Positions 1 through 10,121 of a stretch of DNA of 64,000 bases are shown in pieces. This stretch comes from Cenarchaeum sp. (GTDB lineage: Archaea > Thermoproteota > Nitrososphaeria > Nitrososphaerales > Nitrosopumilaceae): positions 288,001-352,000 of the forward strand of contig CBDESU010000001.1 in assembly GCA_965242695.1 (NCBI GenBank). Reading direction: 5' to 3'. Position numbers and translations under genes: made by a program. The notes under the pieces are model-generated. The model was not told the origin of the DNA, did not search any database, and was given only the letters and a program-made list of their open reading frames with translations. How positions within the stretch are numbered: position 1 is the stretch's first letter; every line of letters begins with the position of its first letter.

Positions 1-1785
1 CGGGACGACTGCAACAAGAAGTTCCTGACCGTGGGCTACGCCAGGAGGAAGGAGGGCGGAAGATCCCCCGGCGGCAGGGTGGTGATCGGCAGGAAGGGGA
101 TCGGAAAGCTGTCCCTCTTTTCGATTGCAGACGTGATAGAGATTCACACCGCAAGGAAGGGCAGCCGTGCCGACAGGTCGGGCTTTGTCATGGACATAAA
201 CAGGATACGGGACAAGATCGAGAGGGGGGGCTCGTCCACCACTACATGCGAGCTGGAAGAGGTCGACGAGTCGAGGATCGAGATCGATCACGGGACCAGA
301 ATCAAGCTGACGGGGCTGAACAGGAGGATAGGGCGCGATGCAAAGGCCGTGCGTAAGAACCTTGCGAGGCGGTTCAGCATAATCGATCCGGCCCACAGCT
401 TCAGCGTGACGGTCAACGGGGATGCCGTCACCATCAACGACAGGGACTACTGGCCCAGGCTCGAGTACGTCTGGTACATGGGAAGCGAGGGCGACAGGAT
501 AACCCGCCAGTGCAAGTGCAAGAGGGCAGAGATCGACGAAGCAGTCGACAACGACAGGGAGTACAGGGTCAGCGGCTGGGTGGGCACCGTAAAGAAACAG
601 GAGGATATAGACGACGGCAACAACAGGATAACCGTAATGGCGAGGGGAAAGATCATACACGAAGACATTCTCAGCGGCATCAAGGAGGGAGGCGTGTTTT
701 CAAAGTACATCATAGGCGAGATACGGGCGGACTTCCTCGACATCGACGAGGAGGAGGACATTGCCACGAGCAGCAGGCAGAGCGTCATAGAGGACAGCCC
801 GCGGTTTATAGCGCTGAGGGAATACGTCAAGTCGACAGTAATCAAGAAGATACAGTCGGAGTGGACCAAGTTCCGGACGGAAAACGCCAAGGACGATGCG
901 CTAAGCGATCCCGCCGTCAGAGAATGGTTCGAGAACCTGTCGTCCGGCAACCGGAGGTACGCCGAGCGCCTGTTCCAAAAGATAGAGACGTTCAAGGCAC
1001 TCGGAACAGAGTCCAAGATCGAGCTGTACAAGGCCACCATCGTCGCATTCGAGACCCTTGCCATGTACGAGCAGCTTTCGGCACTCGACAGAGTCCGCGA
1101 GGGCGAAGGGCTGGACGAGTTCCTCAGGGTCCTAGGCGACGTGGACAAGCTCGAGGCTGCCCACTACCTGGACATAACGCGCTGCCGCCTAGAGATCCTC
1201 AAGAACTTTCAGGACCTGGTGGACGAGGACGCAAAGGAAAGGGTACTGCAGAAGTACCTGTTTGATCACCTGTGGCTGCTCGACCCCTCCTGGGACAGGG
1301 CGGGGGAGGACAAGGAGATGGAGAAGAGCCTCAAGTCTGCATTTGGGGCCATTGATGCGAACCTTACAAAGGACGAGGAGAGTGCCCGCGTGGACATACG
1401 CTACAGGACATATGCGGGGATGCACGTCATCGTCGAGCTCAAGAGGCACAGCGCAAAGGTGAACATACACCGCCTGACCGAGCAGATCGAAAAGTACAAC
1501 GACGCAATGGTAAAGATCCTCGAGGCGCGCCAGGACCCCCACCAGCAGATCAGCATCGTCTGCGTGCTTGGCGGCGAGCCGGGCCCGGGCAGGGACGCCA
1601 AAAAGAAGCAGGAGCAGCTGAAGATACACAACGGGAGGTACGTGACATACGAGTCGCTGATCCACGGCGCGCGGCAGGCGTATGCCGACTACATCGAAAA
1701 ATGGGAGGGCGTGAAGAACATCAAGGATCTGGTCGAGCGCATAAAGTTTGATCAACCGCGGCCCGGCCCAGACAGGGGCGGCTGA
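1..1785 (+). CDS. GHKL (MORC/HATPase_c_3-like) ATPase with C-terminal PD-(D/E)xK endonuclease-like domain; 5' end outside window
   Basis: Frame is open from base 1 (RDDCNKKFLTVGYARR). G2 motif GRKGIGKLS, HGTRIKL, C-terminal HLWLLDPSW and RVDIRY...IVELKR. Paralogous to 53254-55257. Confidence 0.85.
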   Translation, partial: RDDCNKKFLTVGYARRKEGGRSPGGRVVIGRKGIGKLSLFSIADVIEIHTARKGSRADRSGFVMDINRIRDKIERGGSSTTTCELEEVDESRIEIDHGTRIKLTGLNRRIGRDAKAVRKNLARRFSIIDPAHSFSVTVNGDAVTINDRDYWPRLEYVWYMGSEGDRITRQCKCKRAEIDEAVDNDREYRVSGWVGTVKKQEDIDDGNNRITVMARGKIIHEDILSGIKEGGVFSKYIIGEIRADFLDIDEEEDIATSSRQSVIEDSPRFIALREYVKSTVIKKIQSEWTKFRTENAKDDALSDPAVREWFENLSSGNRRYAERLFQKIETFKALGTESKIELYKATIVAFETLAMYEQLSALDRVREGEGLDEFLRVLGDVDKLEAAHYLDITRCRLEILKNFQDLVDEDAKERVLQKYLFDHLWLLDPSWDRAGEDKEMEKSLKSAFGAIDANLTKDEESARVDIRYRTYAGMHVIVELKRHSAKVNIHRLTEQIEKYNDAMVKILEARQDPHQQISIVCVLGGEPGPGRDAKKKQEQLKIHNGRYVTYESLIHGARQAYADYIEKWEGVKNIKDLVERIKFDQPRPGPDRGG

Positions 1786-1949
1786 GCGCCAAGTGCCGCG
1801 GCGACTAGTGGCCGGCGGCGGCTCCCGACTCCTTCCGGGGCCGCATGCCGCTGGGGCGACGTGGGAAAACTGGGTTGGTCACAAGGCGACGCATCCGACA
1901 AAGGACAGGTGGGGCCCCACTAGCCCGAGTGCACGCCTAGGCCTCGATC

Positions 1950-3791
1950 TCAGCCGCGCCGCCCTGCCCGCCGCCGTAGGCGGCCGCCCCGGCCCCGCCT
2001 GTCTCCGCCCTCACCCTCCGCCCCGCCGCCCCTCTCGGGCGCCCTGATCTCGGGCGCCCCTCCGCCCGGCATCGCGGGGTCGGCCATGGGAGGGCGGCCG
2101 GCCGCAAGCGCGAACGGCGGGTCGGACGCGGCCATGCGCGCGGGGCCGAGCGGGGTCGCCGACTCGCCGGCCGCGGACATCCTTCCTCCCAGTCCCTGCG
2201 CGTGCGGCGTGGGCGCGCCGGCCGGCCCGACCAGTCCGCTCCACTGCGCGCCGGCCCCGGCCGCGCCGGGCCAGAGCGGCTCGGACGCGCCGGCGCCGAC
2301 CGCCCCCGCATACCTTGCAAAGGGCGATCCCATCGCGCCGGCGCCGGGAACGGTCCCGAGCCCGACCGAAATGTCCTGCAGCATCCCGACGCTCGCCCCC
2401 GACCGCAGCCCGCCGCCGAGCCCCGCAAGCCCCCCGCGCAGCCCGCCGCCGTCCCTGTACCCGGCGACGGCCCCCGTTCCCGCGCCGTGCGCGACGCTGA
2501 CGGCCCCCGTAACCCCCGACAGCACCGCCGTCCCGACCATCCCCGACGCCTGCCCGACGAGCCCCGCCAGCACGGGCGCCATCAGGAGGGGTATTCCGGT
2601 GGCCAGGAGCAGCAGCGACATGGCCGCGATCCAGAACGTCATCAGGCTGTCGCCCGCATGCCTCCCGTCCTCCATGTCGAGGAGTATGCCGGCGCCCGTG
2701 AACAGGACGGCGGCGGTCATTACGGGGATGAGCAGCAGCGGCACTATCGACTCGAGCATCCTCGAGAATATCGAGCCGACGCGCGGCGCAAACGACAGCA
2801 CGCACAGCAGCGGCAGCAGCGATATGACGAGCGCCAGGAACAGCTCGCGGACCGTCATCGTGACGAGCCCGACGAGCGTGAGAGAAAAGAGCATCATCAC
2901 CTTTGTCATCCCCATGAACACGCCGCTGCCGACGCGCTCGGCGAGGTCCTCTAGCATGCCGAACGCCTGCTCTGCCCCCGTCTGCGCCTCCTCCAGCCCG
3001 TCGGTCGCGCCCCAGAACGCCTTGTGGTACACGTACGAGACCCTCAGGCGCGGATCGCACGGCGACATCGCCTCGGCCTCGGAGACGGCGTCGCGAAACC
3101 TCAGGTTCTGCCCCGCCACGAGGGCCGTCAGGTCGTCGGCCGCCGGCGAGACCTCGTACGGGACGCGGGTGTCGCGCGCCGACGGGTCGCGCCTGCCGGC
3201 GGGCCCCGCCGGCCCCTCCTCGTACACGCCGGGCAGGCACCCGTCGAGCCCCTCGGAGCCGCGTACAGCGCGCGGCTCGAGCGTGTAGAGCGGGTTGAGC
3301 AGCAGTATTCCGAGCCTCTCGGACTCGACGGCGGCCGCGTCCCACGCGGGGACGAACACGGAGACCAGGACGACCATGCCGAGGAACCGCATGAACAGCG
3401 GCCTTGCCGAGCCGCGCGGCCACACGCCTGCCGCCTCGGCCCAGGCCGCAAACAGGACGTAGCCGAGGACGGCGACCGAGCCTGCCAGGAACACGTTGCG
3501 CCGCATGAGCTCGAACGTGACGAGGTTCGACGTCGGCTCGGTGTAGCCGGCTAGCATGTCGTACCCCGCTATGCCGCGCTCGTCCTCGAAGAACTTTGGG
3601 TTGTGGAAGCCGGCCGAGATGAGCTCTTCGCGCAGGACGGACGTCTCGTTGGCGGCAAAGACGAGGAACGACATGAGCAGCAGGAACGTCGTCGTCAGTA
3701 CGAGCACGCCGCTCACGCCAAAGTCGGCGCGCGAGCTGCCCGACAGGAACCGGAGGGCGGCTCCGCCCCCGCGGCGCCGGCTGGGGGGCAT
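1950..3791 (-). CDS. VirB6/TrbL-like polytopic membrane protein of a conjugation-type system
   Basis: About 7-8 hydrophobic segments (e.g. VRELFLALVISLLPLLCVLSFAP) followed by a Gly/Ala-rich tail (SGVTGAVSVAHGAGTGAVAG) typical of VirB6/TrbL. ATG at 3791 lies just after the stop of the upstream gene (3796). Confidence 0.65.
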   Translation of the reverse strand: MPPSRRRGGGAALRFLSGSSRADFGVSGVLVLTTTFLLLMSFLVFAANETSVLREELISAGFHNPKFFEDERGIAGYDMLAGYTEPTSNLVTFELMRRNVFLAGSVAVLGYVLFAAWAEAAGVWPRGSARPLFMRFLGMVVLVSVFVPAWDAAAVESERLGILLLNPLYTLEPRAVRGSEGLDGCLPGVYEEGPAGPAGRRDPSARDTRVPYEVSPAADDLTALVAGQNLRFRDAVSEAEAMSPCDPRLRVSYVYHKAFWGATDGLEEAQTGAEQAFGMLEDLAERVGSGVFMGMTKVMMLFSLTLVGLVTMTVRELFLALVISLLPLLCVLSFAPRVGSIFSRMLESIVPLLLIPVMTAAVLFTGAGILLDMEDGRHAGDSLMTFWIAAMSLLLLATGIPLLMAPVLAGLVGQASGMVGTAVLSGVTGAVSVAHGAGTGAVAGYRDGGGLRGGLAGLGGGLRSGASVGMLQDISVGLGTVPGAGAMGSPFARYAGAVGAGASEPLWPGAAGAGAQWSGLVGPAGAPTPHAQGLGGRMSAAGESATPLGPARMAASDPPFALAAGRPPMADPAMPGGGAPEIRAPERGGGAEGEGGDRRGRGGRLRRRAGRRG

Positions 3792-3795
3792 CCCG

Positions 3796-4569
3796 TCAGC
3801 CCCCCTCTCCCGCCGCATCGACGAACTCGATCGTGCGCGATGCGATCGTCCCTCCGCCGGCCGCGTCGAGCACCTCGATGCGGCGCAGGCCGGCCCGGGG
3901 GATCAGCGTTACGGTGATCTGCCCCTCGCCGTTGGCCGTGTCGCGGACGAGCTCGGCGCCGTCGACGCGTACGACGACGCCGGCGTGCCCGTGGGCCGCG
4001 CCGATGTCGAGCGTCAGGTCCGCCGGCGCGCAGGCGCCCCCCTCGCCGTCCACGATCGCGACCCGCTCGGCGGCGGCCTCCTCCCCTGCCGACCCTCCGG
4101 CGCGCCGCCCCGCCGCCGCCTGCGCGCCGGATCCCAGGACGTATTCGTCGCCGGGGCCTGCCACCGTATGCGCCCCGCCGCCGTCCCCGCCCGCGCGCGG
4201 GCGGCCGAGCAGGGCGGCAAGGGGGCCGCGCCCCCTCCCGGCCCCCTTTCCGCGCCGGGCGCCCCTTTTGCCCGCGGGGGCGGCAATGCAGGCAAGGGCG
4301 GCATAGTACAGGTACATCTCGGGCATCTCGCCGCGCCACCGGAAGAACGCGGCGGCGGCAAGGATGAGGCCGGCGGCTGCGAGCCACGGCGGCGCCGATC
4401 CCGTAAACGAGAGCATTGCGCATATGACGAACGCGCCGACGTAGCCGAGCTCGCGCACGCTCAGGCTCACGAGGGGGGCGTGGAAGAGCGGCGTGAGAAG
4501 GTCGGACTCGTGTCGGACGGCGATGAACTCTTGGTCGTACGTCACGGCGGCGGCCGCGCCCGTCCGCAT
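3796..4569 (-). CDS. PrgI/VirB3-like membrane protein with C-terminal beta-rich domain
   Basis: N-terminal LSVRELGY followed by two TM helices and RWRGEMPEMYLYY, a PrgI-like layout. Directly upstream of the VirB6-like gene. Confidence 0.45.
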   Translation of the reverse strand: MRTGAAAAVTYDQEFIAVRHESDLLTPLFHAPLVSLSVRELGYVGAFVICAMLSFTGSAPPWLAAAGLILAAAAFFRWRGEMPEMYLYYAALACIAAPAGKRGARRGKGAGRGRGPLAALLGRPRAGGDGGGAHTVAGPGDEYVLGSGAQAAAGRRAGGSAGEEAAAERVAIVDGEGGACAPADLTLDIGAAHGHAGVVVRVDGAELVRDTANGEGQITVTLIPRAGLRRIEVLDAAGGGTIASRTIEFVDAAGEGG

Positions 4570-4655
4570 TAAAGGGGGGCATGGGATGCTCGGGCAGGCG
4601 AAGCGTCAAAATGCTGTACGTTATTAGTGACCGCCGCGCCGCCCGCCCGGTTCTG

Positions 4656-5469
4656 ATGCGGCGGTCGAGGGCGGTCAAGATGTTCAGGCCAAGGTTCCAC
4701 GCAACGGACTGCGTGGAGTTTATGGGGGCGTGGAGGGGGCCGCGGGCAGACGTGGTCGTCACGTCGCCTCCGTACAACCTCGCCAAGAACTACGGCGGCT
4801 ACGACGACAGGCGCGAGTGGTCCGAGTACCTAGAATGGACGGAGGCATGGGGGGGGGGTGCTGGATGTACTGCACGACGACGGCTCATTCTTCCTCAACG
4901 TGGGCTACACCATGCGGCGGCCGAACATGCCGTTCGATGTCGTCGAGCGCATGTGCCGGGGCGGGCCGGGGTTCAAGCTCCAGAACGTCATCCACTGGAT
5001 CAAGTCGATCTCGATCCCTGAGCGGGGGTTTGCCGCCGGCCACTTCAAGCCGATCAACTCGGAGCGGTTTGTCAACCAGTGCCACGAGTTCATCTTCCAC
5101 CTGACAAAGACCGGCGCGGTAAAGATCGACAAGCTCTCCATAGGGGCCCCGTACGCGGACAAGTCGAACACGGATCGCTGGAGCCACGGCCGCACCGTAC
5201 GCGACAGGGGGAACGTCTGGTTCATCCCGTACGAGCAAAAGAACGCCGGCGACATGATCCACCCGTGCGAATTTCCTCCAGGCCTGCCGGAGATGTGCGT
5301 AAAGCTGCACGGCAGGCGCGACGGCATGCTGGTGTACGATCCGTTCGCGGGGATAGGATCGACGGCGGTTGCATGCAAGAGGCTCGGCGTCCGCAGCGTC
5401 AACACGGAGATCAACGCGCAGTACATCCGGCTAGCCAAGGAGAGGTGGGAGGCGGCCGGCGGTGGCTAG
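4656..5469 (+). CDS. N4-C/N6-A DNA methyltransferase (beta class), frameshifted at a G10 tract (4849-4858)
   Basis: Motif IV VVTSPPYN is in one frame. GSFFLNVG, HPCEFP and motif I DPFAGIGST are in the +1 frame. Removing one G (or adding two) joins them. Confidence 0.85.
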
Positions 5470-6028
5470 CGCAGTGGGCTTTCCAGCTCTTGTGCACAGG
5501 CTTTCCGGCCATGCCGTCATTGCGATCGACCCACGCCACCCGCTTATCGACACGCTCGAGAAGGGGCTCAACGGCATGCTCAGCCGAGCCAGGTATACGC
5601 GCTACCACGGCGGCCGCGTCAACGAGGTGGGGCGCTCGCTGGAGGCGGAGATACGCGGCATCATAGAGAGCAGCGGAGTGGCCAGTATAGAGCGGCAGCG
5701 CCAGGCCGCAGGGTACCCCGACATGTCGCTCAGGGCTAGGGACGGGACCAGGTGCTACCTGGAGATCAAGACCACGACGGAGAGCGCAAACAGGCCGTCG
5801 ACATTGAGGGCGTTCTACATATCGTCGGGCAACAAGATCACCTCTGACGCCCACCACCTGCTAGTGCACCTCTACGTCACCCAAATTCCAACCGTTGGAA
5901 AAAAGTCCGAGTTCCAACTCAACGGGTGGGTGATCAAGGACCTGCACGGCTTGGCGCTGCGCCCCAAGTTAGAGTACAACGCAAGCCACGCCGACATGTC
6001 TGCCCTGTCTACGCTGGCATCGTCTTAG
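5462..6028 (+). CDS. Putative type II restriction endonuclease (PD-(D/E)xK)
   Basis: GYPDM...YLEIKT catalytic motif. The start overlaps the end of the MTase. Confidence 0.7.
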   Translation: MASAVGFPALVHRLSGHAVIAIDPRHPLIDTLEKGLNGMLSRARYTRYHGGRVNEVGRSLEAEIRGIIESSGVASIERQRQAAGYPDMSLRARDGTRCYLEIKTTTESANRPSTLRAFYISSGNKITSDAHHLLVHLYVTQIPTVGKKSEFQLNGWVIKDLHGLALRPKLEYNASHADMSALSTLASS

Positions 6029-6200
6029 GCTCGCAGAGCTGCCAGGTCGCGTAATGCTGTTGTACGCACTGTGCAGCTCTGCGCGGGCAAGCTCACGCGC
6101 GGCTCGGAGTGGATTCATGGCCGCCATGGTACGCAGGTGCCGTCGCGATCGCAAGGTGGACCGAATCAAGAAAAAAAGGAGGGGCGCGCCCCTGCGCACC

Positions 6201-6629
6201 CTACCTCACGATGACGGTGAACAGGTTGCGCACCAGCTCGCCGGCCGTAGTGCGGGCGTTGAAGTCGGCGACGACCTCGTCGCCGGGGTACACCTTTGCA
6301 GCGCCCGTGTCGTTGAGGCTGCCGCCGAAGGTGATGGTCCCGTACGGGGCGGCCGGCACACTGCTCGTCAGGTTGCCTATCGCATGGCCGTCGTGCATGA
6401 GGGCGACGGACGCGCCGGCCTCCAGCGAGCTGCTGCCCTGGTTCGTCATGACGAGGTTGGCGACGGCGACCTGCCCGGCCCCGACGTAGAGTATCTGCAT
6501 CGTCTTGGGCGTCATGCTGGTCGTGCTCATGGCTCCCGTGAGGGCGTCGCTTCCAAAGACGGCGACGGCGCCGAGCGCGCCGACCGTTATGACGATCGAC
6601 ATGACGATGGCTATCGGCTTTGAATCCAT
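6201..6629 (-). CDS. Archaeal type IV pilin-like protein
   Basis: MDSKPIAIVMSIVITVGALGAVAVFG hydrophobic N-helix plus a beta-rich body (NLVMTNQGSSSL). TTTTAT box about 25 bp upstream and a T-rich terminator after the stop. Confidence 0.65.
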   Translation of the reverse strand: MDSKPIAIVMSIVITVGALGAVAVFGSDALTGAMSTTSMTPKTMQILYVGAGQVAVANLVMTNQGSSSLEAGASVALMHDGHAIGNLTSSVPAAPYGTITFGGSLNDTGAAKVYPGDEVVADFNARTTAGELVRNLFTVIVR

Positions 6630-6666
6630 GCAGCGCGGGCGCCCCTTTGAATAAAAGGGCGGGGGG

Positions 6667-7098
6667 CTACGGCGCGCCCGCGGGAGGCGCGGCCACGCGC
6701 AGCGCTTGGCCGGAGCGCGTGGAGACGGCAAACTCGCCGCCCGCCGGCGCATCGCACACGAGCGTGCGGGGGACGGAGACGGCCAGGCCCGCAATGCCCG
6801 CCCCGCCCAGGCCGGCCGCCTCGCACCGCACGGGCCGCCCGCCCGCATCCCACGCGCCGGCCAGGACGGCCGGGGAGGGCGACCCGGGGGCCGCCGCAAC
6901 CGTCGCATACGTGCGGTTCCCGTCGTGCTGCACGTCGATTGCGGCCAGGCGGCCGGCGGCAAGGCCGGCGCTGCGCGCATCGGCGAGCGAGCGGGCCGCA
7001 TCGGATGCGCTCGCGGCCCCGTCGGCGACGGCCGCCGCGACGGCCGCCGCGGCGGCGAATCCTGCGAGCAGGACCACGGCCTCATACGAGAGCATCAT
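6667..7098 (-). CDS. Pilin-like protein
   Basis: MMLSYEAVVLLAGFAAAAAV N-terminal helix with Glu near position 5, followed by a small beta domain. TTTTTAG upstream. Confidence 0.5.
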   Translation of the reverse strand: MMLSYEAVVLLAGFAAAAAVAAAVADGAASASDAARSLADARSAGLAAGRLAAIDVQHDGNRTYATVAAAPGSPSPAVLAGAWDAGGRPVRCEAAGLGGAGIAGLAVSVPRTLVCDAPAGGEFAVSTRSGQALRVAAPPAGAP

Positions 7099-7204
7099 TG
7101 CGCCCGCCCCGCATGCGGGCAGCTAAAAAGCGGGGGCCCCGCGTTCCCGCGCCCGCCCCGGGCCGCCGTGCCGGCCTTAAATCCAAACCGGCGCCGCCGC
7201 CGCA

Positions 7205-7957
7205 ATGCTAGACAAGATGGGAAAGACAGACCTGGGAGAGGCCGCAAAGTCGCTCGGCATCGTCTTTGTGATCGGCATCATCGTGGCCGTCACGGGCGGC
7301 ATGCTCACGGCCCTTGTGGCCGAGGACGACACCCCGTACGGCGGGGACGGCGGGGACGGGGACGGGGACGGCACCGCAAGGCAGTTCATCGGCATAATGC
7401 ACAGGGAGGGCAAGAGCTTTGTCGGCCTTGTCGCGTTCTGGGCCCCGATAGCCGGCCTGCTGATGATACTTTCGGCGGGGATCATACTGCTGCTTGGCGG
7501 CGGCAGGGGCGGCGCCCTCTGGGGCGCCGTCGCGCCCCGCCTGGCCATTGCCGTCGCCGCCTCGGCCGCTGCCGCCTGCCTGCTCGCCGCGCGCGGGACG
7601 GTCGGCGCCGAGACGCTAGCCGTCGCGTTCGCCGCCGCACTGGCTGCCGACGTGGCCACTACGGCGCTCTCGCCGCGGTGCATGGCGCGCGAGACGAACC
7701 TGCCGCTTGCGCTAGGCGCAAGACTGGCGGGGCCGCGGCTCGGCTGGGCCGTGTACGGGGCGGCGTACGCTGCGGCGTGCGGCGCGGCAGCGCACCTGTT
7801 CGCGCTCGACGCGTACGCGCTGCTCGCAGTCCTGGCGCCGCTTCATGCGGCGGCCGCATTCGCCAACGCGTACGGCGGCAGGATTCGGCTCGCCCGCACG
7901 CGCGCGCGGGCCGGGCCTGCGCCGGCAGCTGCGCCGCAGAGGCCGCATCGCGCATAG
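7205..7957 (+). CDS. Multi-pass membrane protein (N-terminal two-TM hairpin, possibly VirB2-like)
   Basis: Several hydrophobic helices. TTAAAT box at about 7177-7182 and a T-rich terminator at about 7983-7998. Confidence 0.55.
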   Translation: MLDKMGKTDLGEAAKSLGIVFVIGIIVAVTGGMLTALVAEDDTPYGGDGGDGDGDGTARQFIGIMHREGKSFVGLVAFWAPIAGLLMILSAGIILLLGGGRGGALWGAVAPRLAIAVAASAAAACLLAARGTVGAETLAVAFAAALAADVATTALSPRCMARETNLPLALGARLAGPRLGWAVYGAAYAAACGAAAHLFALDAYALLAVLAPLHAAAAFANAYGGRIRLARTRARAGPAPAAAPQRPHRA

Positions 7958-7981
7958 GGCGCCACGGCACCGACATCCATC

Positions 7982-7998
7982 ATTTTTCTTTTTTGTTT
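7982..7998 (+). terminator. T-rich archaeal terminator
   Basis: TTTTTCTTTTTTGTTT just downstream of the stop at 7957, in an otherwise very GC-rich context. Confidence 0.5.
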
Positions 7999-8095
7999 CG
8001 CGCGATCGCCCCTGCCGCGGCCCGCGCGGCGGCCGGTTCCGGCCGGCGCCGCCGAAGCCGCCCTTGGACTGCCCGCGCGGGATGCCTGCCGCCGC

Positions 8096-8938
8096 TCAGC
8101 GTTTTCTGCCGGGCGCGCGGCCCGCGCGCCGGCTCCCCTGCCGCTGCCGCTTCGGCGCAGGGGACGACGATCCCGGCGCGCGCCGCCCGCTCCTGCGCGC
8201 CGCCTTGTTGGCCTTGACCCATACCATGCTCCTCCCCCTTGGCCGCACGGCCGCCTCGGGCGGCGCCTCGGCCCCGGCCGCCTGGGCCTTTAGCCGTATG
8301 TGGTAGCGCTTTGATGCGGCAAGGTACGATGCCTTGCCGGCCGCCGTCGCGTAGCGCCGCCGAGCGTACTCGCGGTTGCGGGTGCGGTTGAGCTCGACCG
8401 CGGCCGGATTGCTGCGGTACGACTCGTACGCCCCCTTCTTGGAGCACGCGTTGCTGCAGTAGCGCGTGCGCATGGACTCTTCCGGTATGCGCTTGCCGCA
8501 CTGGTCGCAGTACAGCGGCTTCTTCGGCTCGGTGCGCCGCCTGCGCTCGGCCTTGCTGGCCTCCTCAAACTGGACCCTGACCTCGGGGTGCAGCCGCGAC
8601 TCTACGGCCGTGCGCTTGCGGCACCTATCGCTGCACAGGCGCGTCTGGGGCCTGCGGTCCTTGGGGAGGGGGCCCCCGCAGTACCTGCACGTGGTCGGCC
8701 GCCCTGGCTTGGCCGCCCCGCGTGCAGGCTTGGCCGCCCCGCGTGCAGGCTTGGCCGCCCCGCGTGCAGGCTTGGCCGCCCCGCGTGCAGGCTTGGCCGC
8801 CCCGCGCCCCTGCTGCCGCGCGGCGCCGCCACGGCGCCTGCCGCCGCCGAGAATGCTGCCGACCGCCGCACCAATGCGATCGAGTCGCCGCGCCGCGCCG
8901 CCGCGGCGCCTGCTGCCGCCCCTTGCCGACGCTACCAT
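8096..8938 (-). CDS. Basic protein with two CxxC...CSxxC (TRASH/treble-clef-like) Zn-binding motifs
   Basis: CRYCGGPL...LCSDRC and CDQCGKRI...YCSNAC. TTTATA box about 25 bp upstream of ATG 8938. Confidence 0.65.
   Translation of the reverse strand: MVASARGGSRRRGGAARRLDRIGAAVGSILGGGRRRGGAARQQGRGAAKPARGAAKPARGAAKPARGAAKPARGAAKPGRPTTCRYCGGPLPKDRRPQTRLCSDRCRKRTAVESRLHPEVRVQFEEASKAERRRRTEPKKPLYCDQCGKRIPEESMRTRYCSNACSKKGAYESYRSNPAAVELNRTRNREYARRRYATAAGKASYLAASKRYHIRLKAQAAGAEAPPEAAVRPRGRSMVWVKANKAARRSGRRAPGSSSPAPKRQRQGSRRAGRAPGRKR
8706..8805. repeat. 21-bp tandem repeat (GCTTGGCCGCCCCGCGTGCAG, about 4.7 copies) encoding RGAAKPA
   Basis: Read directly from the sequence. Confidence 0.9.
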
Positions 8939-9311
8939 GCGGGGCGGGGCCGGGCGGCATGCTATAAACCGCACGATCCTGGAATTGAGATGCACGGCAG
9001 GGCGCCGCCCCCGCCCTTGCCATGCGGCGCGGGGGGGGGGGAGGGGGAGAGGATGCCACGCCTGCCCTGTCCTGTAGGATATTGGACAGCGTGCGGGCGG
9101 CGGCCCGCTCTGGCCCGTGATGAGGGCGCACAGACCCCTGCCACGCGCCCCTGTCCCGGACCGCCCGCAGACTGGCCGGCATTCCTAGCGCCTGCCAAGT
9201 GGCGGCGGACGGAGGCGCAATGCGGAAGTGCGATCGGCGACCGGCAATGGCCGGCTATACTGCCGCGATCGCGGCCCGATCGTGCGCGGCGGCCGTGCCG
9301 GCCGGCGGCAT

Positions 9312-9572
9312 TTACTGTCCCTTCCTCCGCCGCTCCAGCGCCGCCACCAGGCCCTCGCTGAATATGATCACGTCCTCGATGCGCGGGCTCTGCCGGCCCG
9401 TCCCGAACAGGTTCCTGCCGATCAGGGCGATCTCGCCCTTTGAGTCCCGCGCATCGGCCAAGAGGTGGAAGAACCCCATGTCGTGGGGCCTGTCCTCCAT
9501 GTCCGAGTGCGGGCCGCCCAGATCGCTGAACGCGATCCGGCTCGCCTCCGTCGGCGGCGCACTGTCCGTCAT
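9312..9572 (-). CDS. Small hypothetical protein translationally coupled (ATGA overlap) to the upstream pseudogene
   Basis: ATG at 9572 overlaps the TGA at 9569-9571 of the reconstructed upstream gene. MTDSAPPTEASRIAFSDL... Confidence 0.45.
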   Translation of the reverse strand: MTDSAPPTEASRIAFSDLGGPHSDMEDRPHDMGFFHLLADARDSKGEIALIGRNLFGTGRQSPRIEDVIIFSEGLVAALERRRKGQ

Positions 9573-10037
9573 TTCATCAGGCTGCATCCGGCCATCTCCT
9601 CCCATACCCTGTCGCAACTGTCCCTGCTAAAGCGATCCCTCTTTGCGGTGACCCTTTCTACAATGTCGGCGCGCCGGATGCCGCTCGCCCTGTGCAGCAT
9701 GTGCAGCGATGCGGCGATCTCGAGAAAGTCGTGTCATTCTCCCTCCCACTGACGAACCTCCCGAACCTCTCAAAGCGTTCCTGCACGGCAGGGTTGACAA
9801 ACACCATGTCCTTGTCGTACGGCATCATGCCGCATATCGAGCCTGGCGCGCAGCCGACCGCTGCGAGCCCTGTGCAGTGCGGCCCGTGCAGGTACCACGA
9901 GTAGTCGTAGCCAAGGTACACGCCGAACGCCTGCAAGAGGTAGACGAACTTTTGGATGCGCAGGCGATGCTCAAAGTCGGCCATGCTGAACTCTAGGTCG
10001 GGAAACTGGCGCAGTATGTGCCCCGGATCGACGACAG
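9569..10037 (-). pseudogene. YwgA/SocA-like winged-helix protein, frameshifted
   Basis: RLRIQKFVYLLQAFG...YSWYLHGPHC in one frame continues as DFLEIAASLH...CSLMK* in another after about 9730. The N-terminal extension VVDPGHILRQFPDLEF is preceded by an in-frame TAG. Confidence 0.6.
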
Positions 10038-10121
10038 CCTACCCGCGACCGTGCCGGGACGGCGCGTATGAAAGGCATGCCCCTGCCTCCCGCCTTTTAT
10101 GCAGAGCCGCGCCGCGCGCGC

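Noticed and set aside
1786-1950. att site or tRNA fragment at the left element edge
   Set aside because: No cloverleaf or matching direct repeat near 51.1-51.5 kb was found by eye, and there is no integrase in the window.
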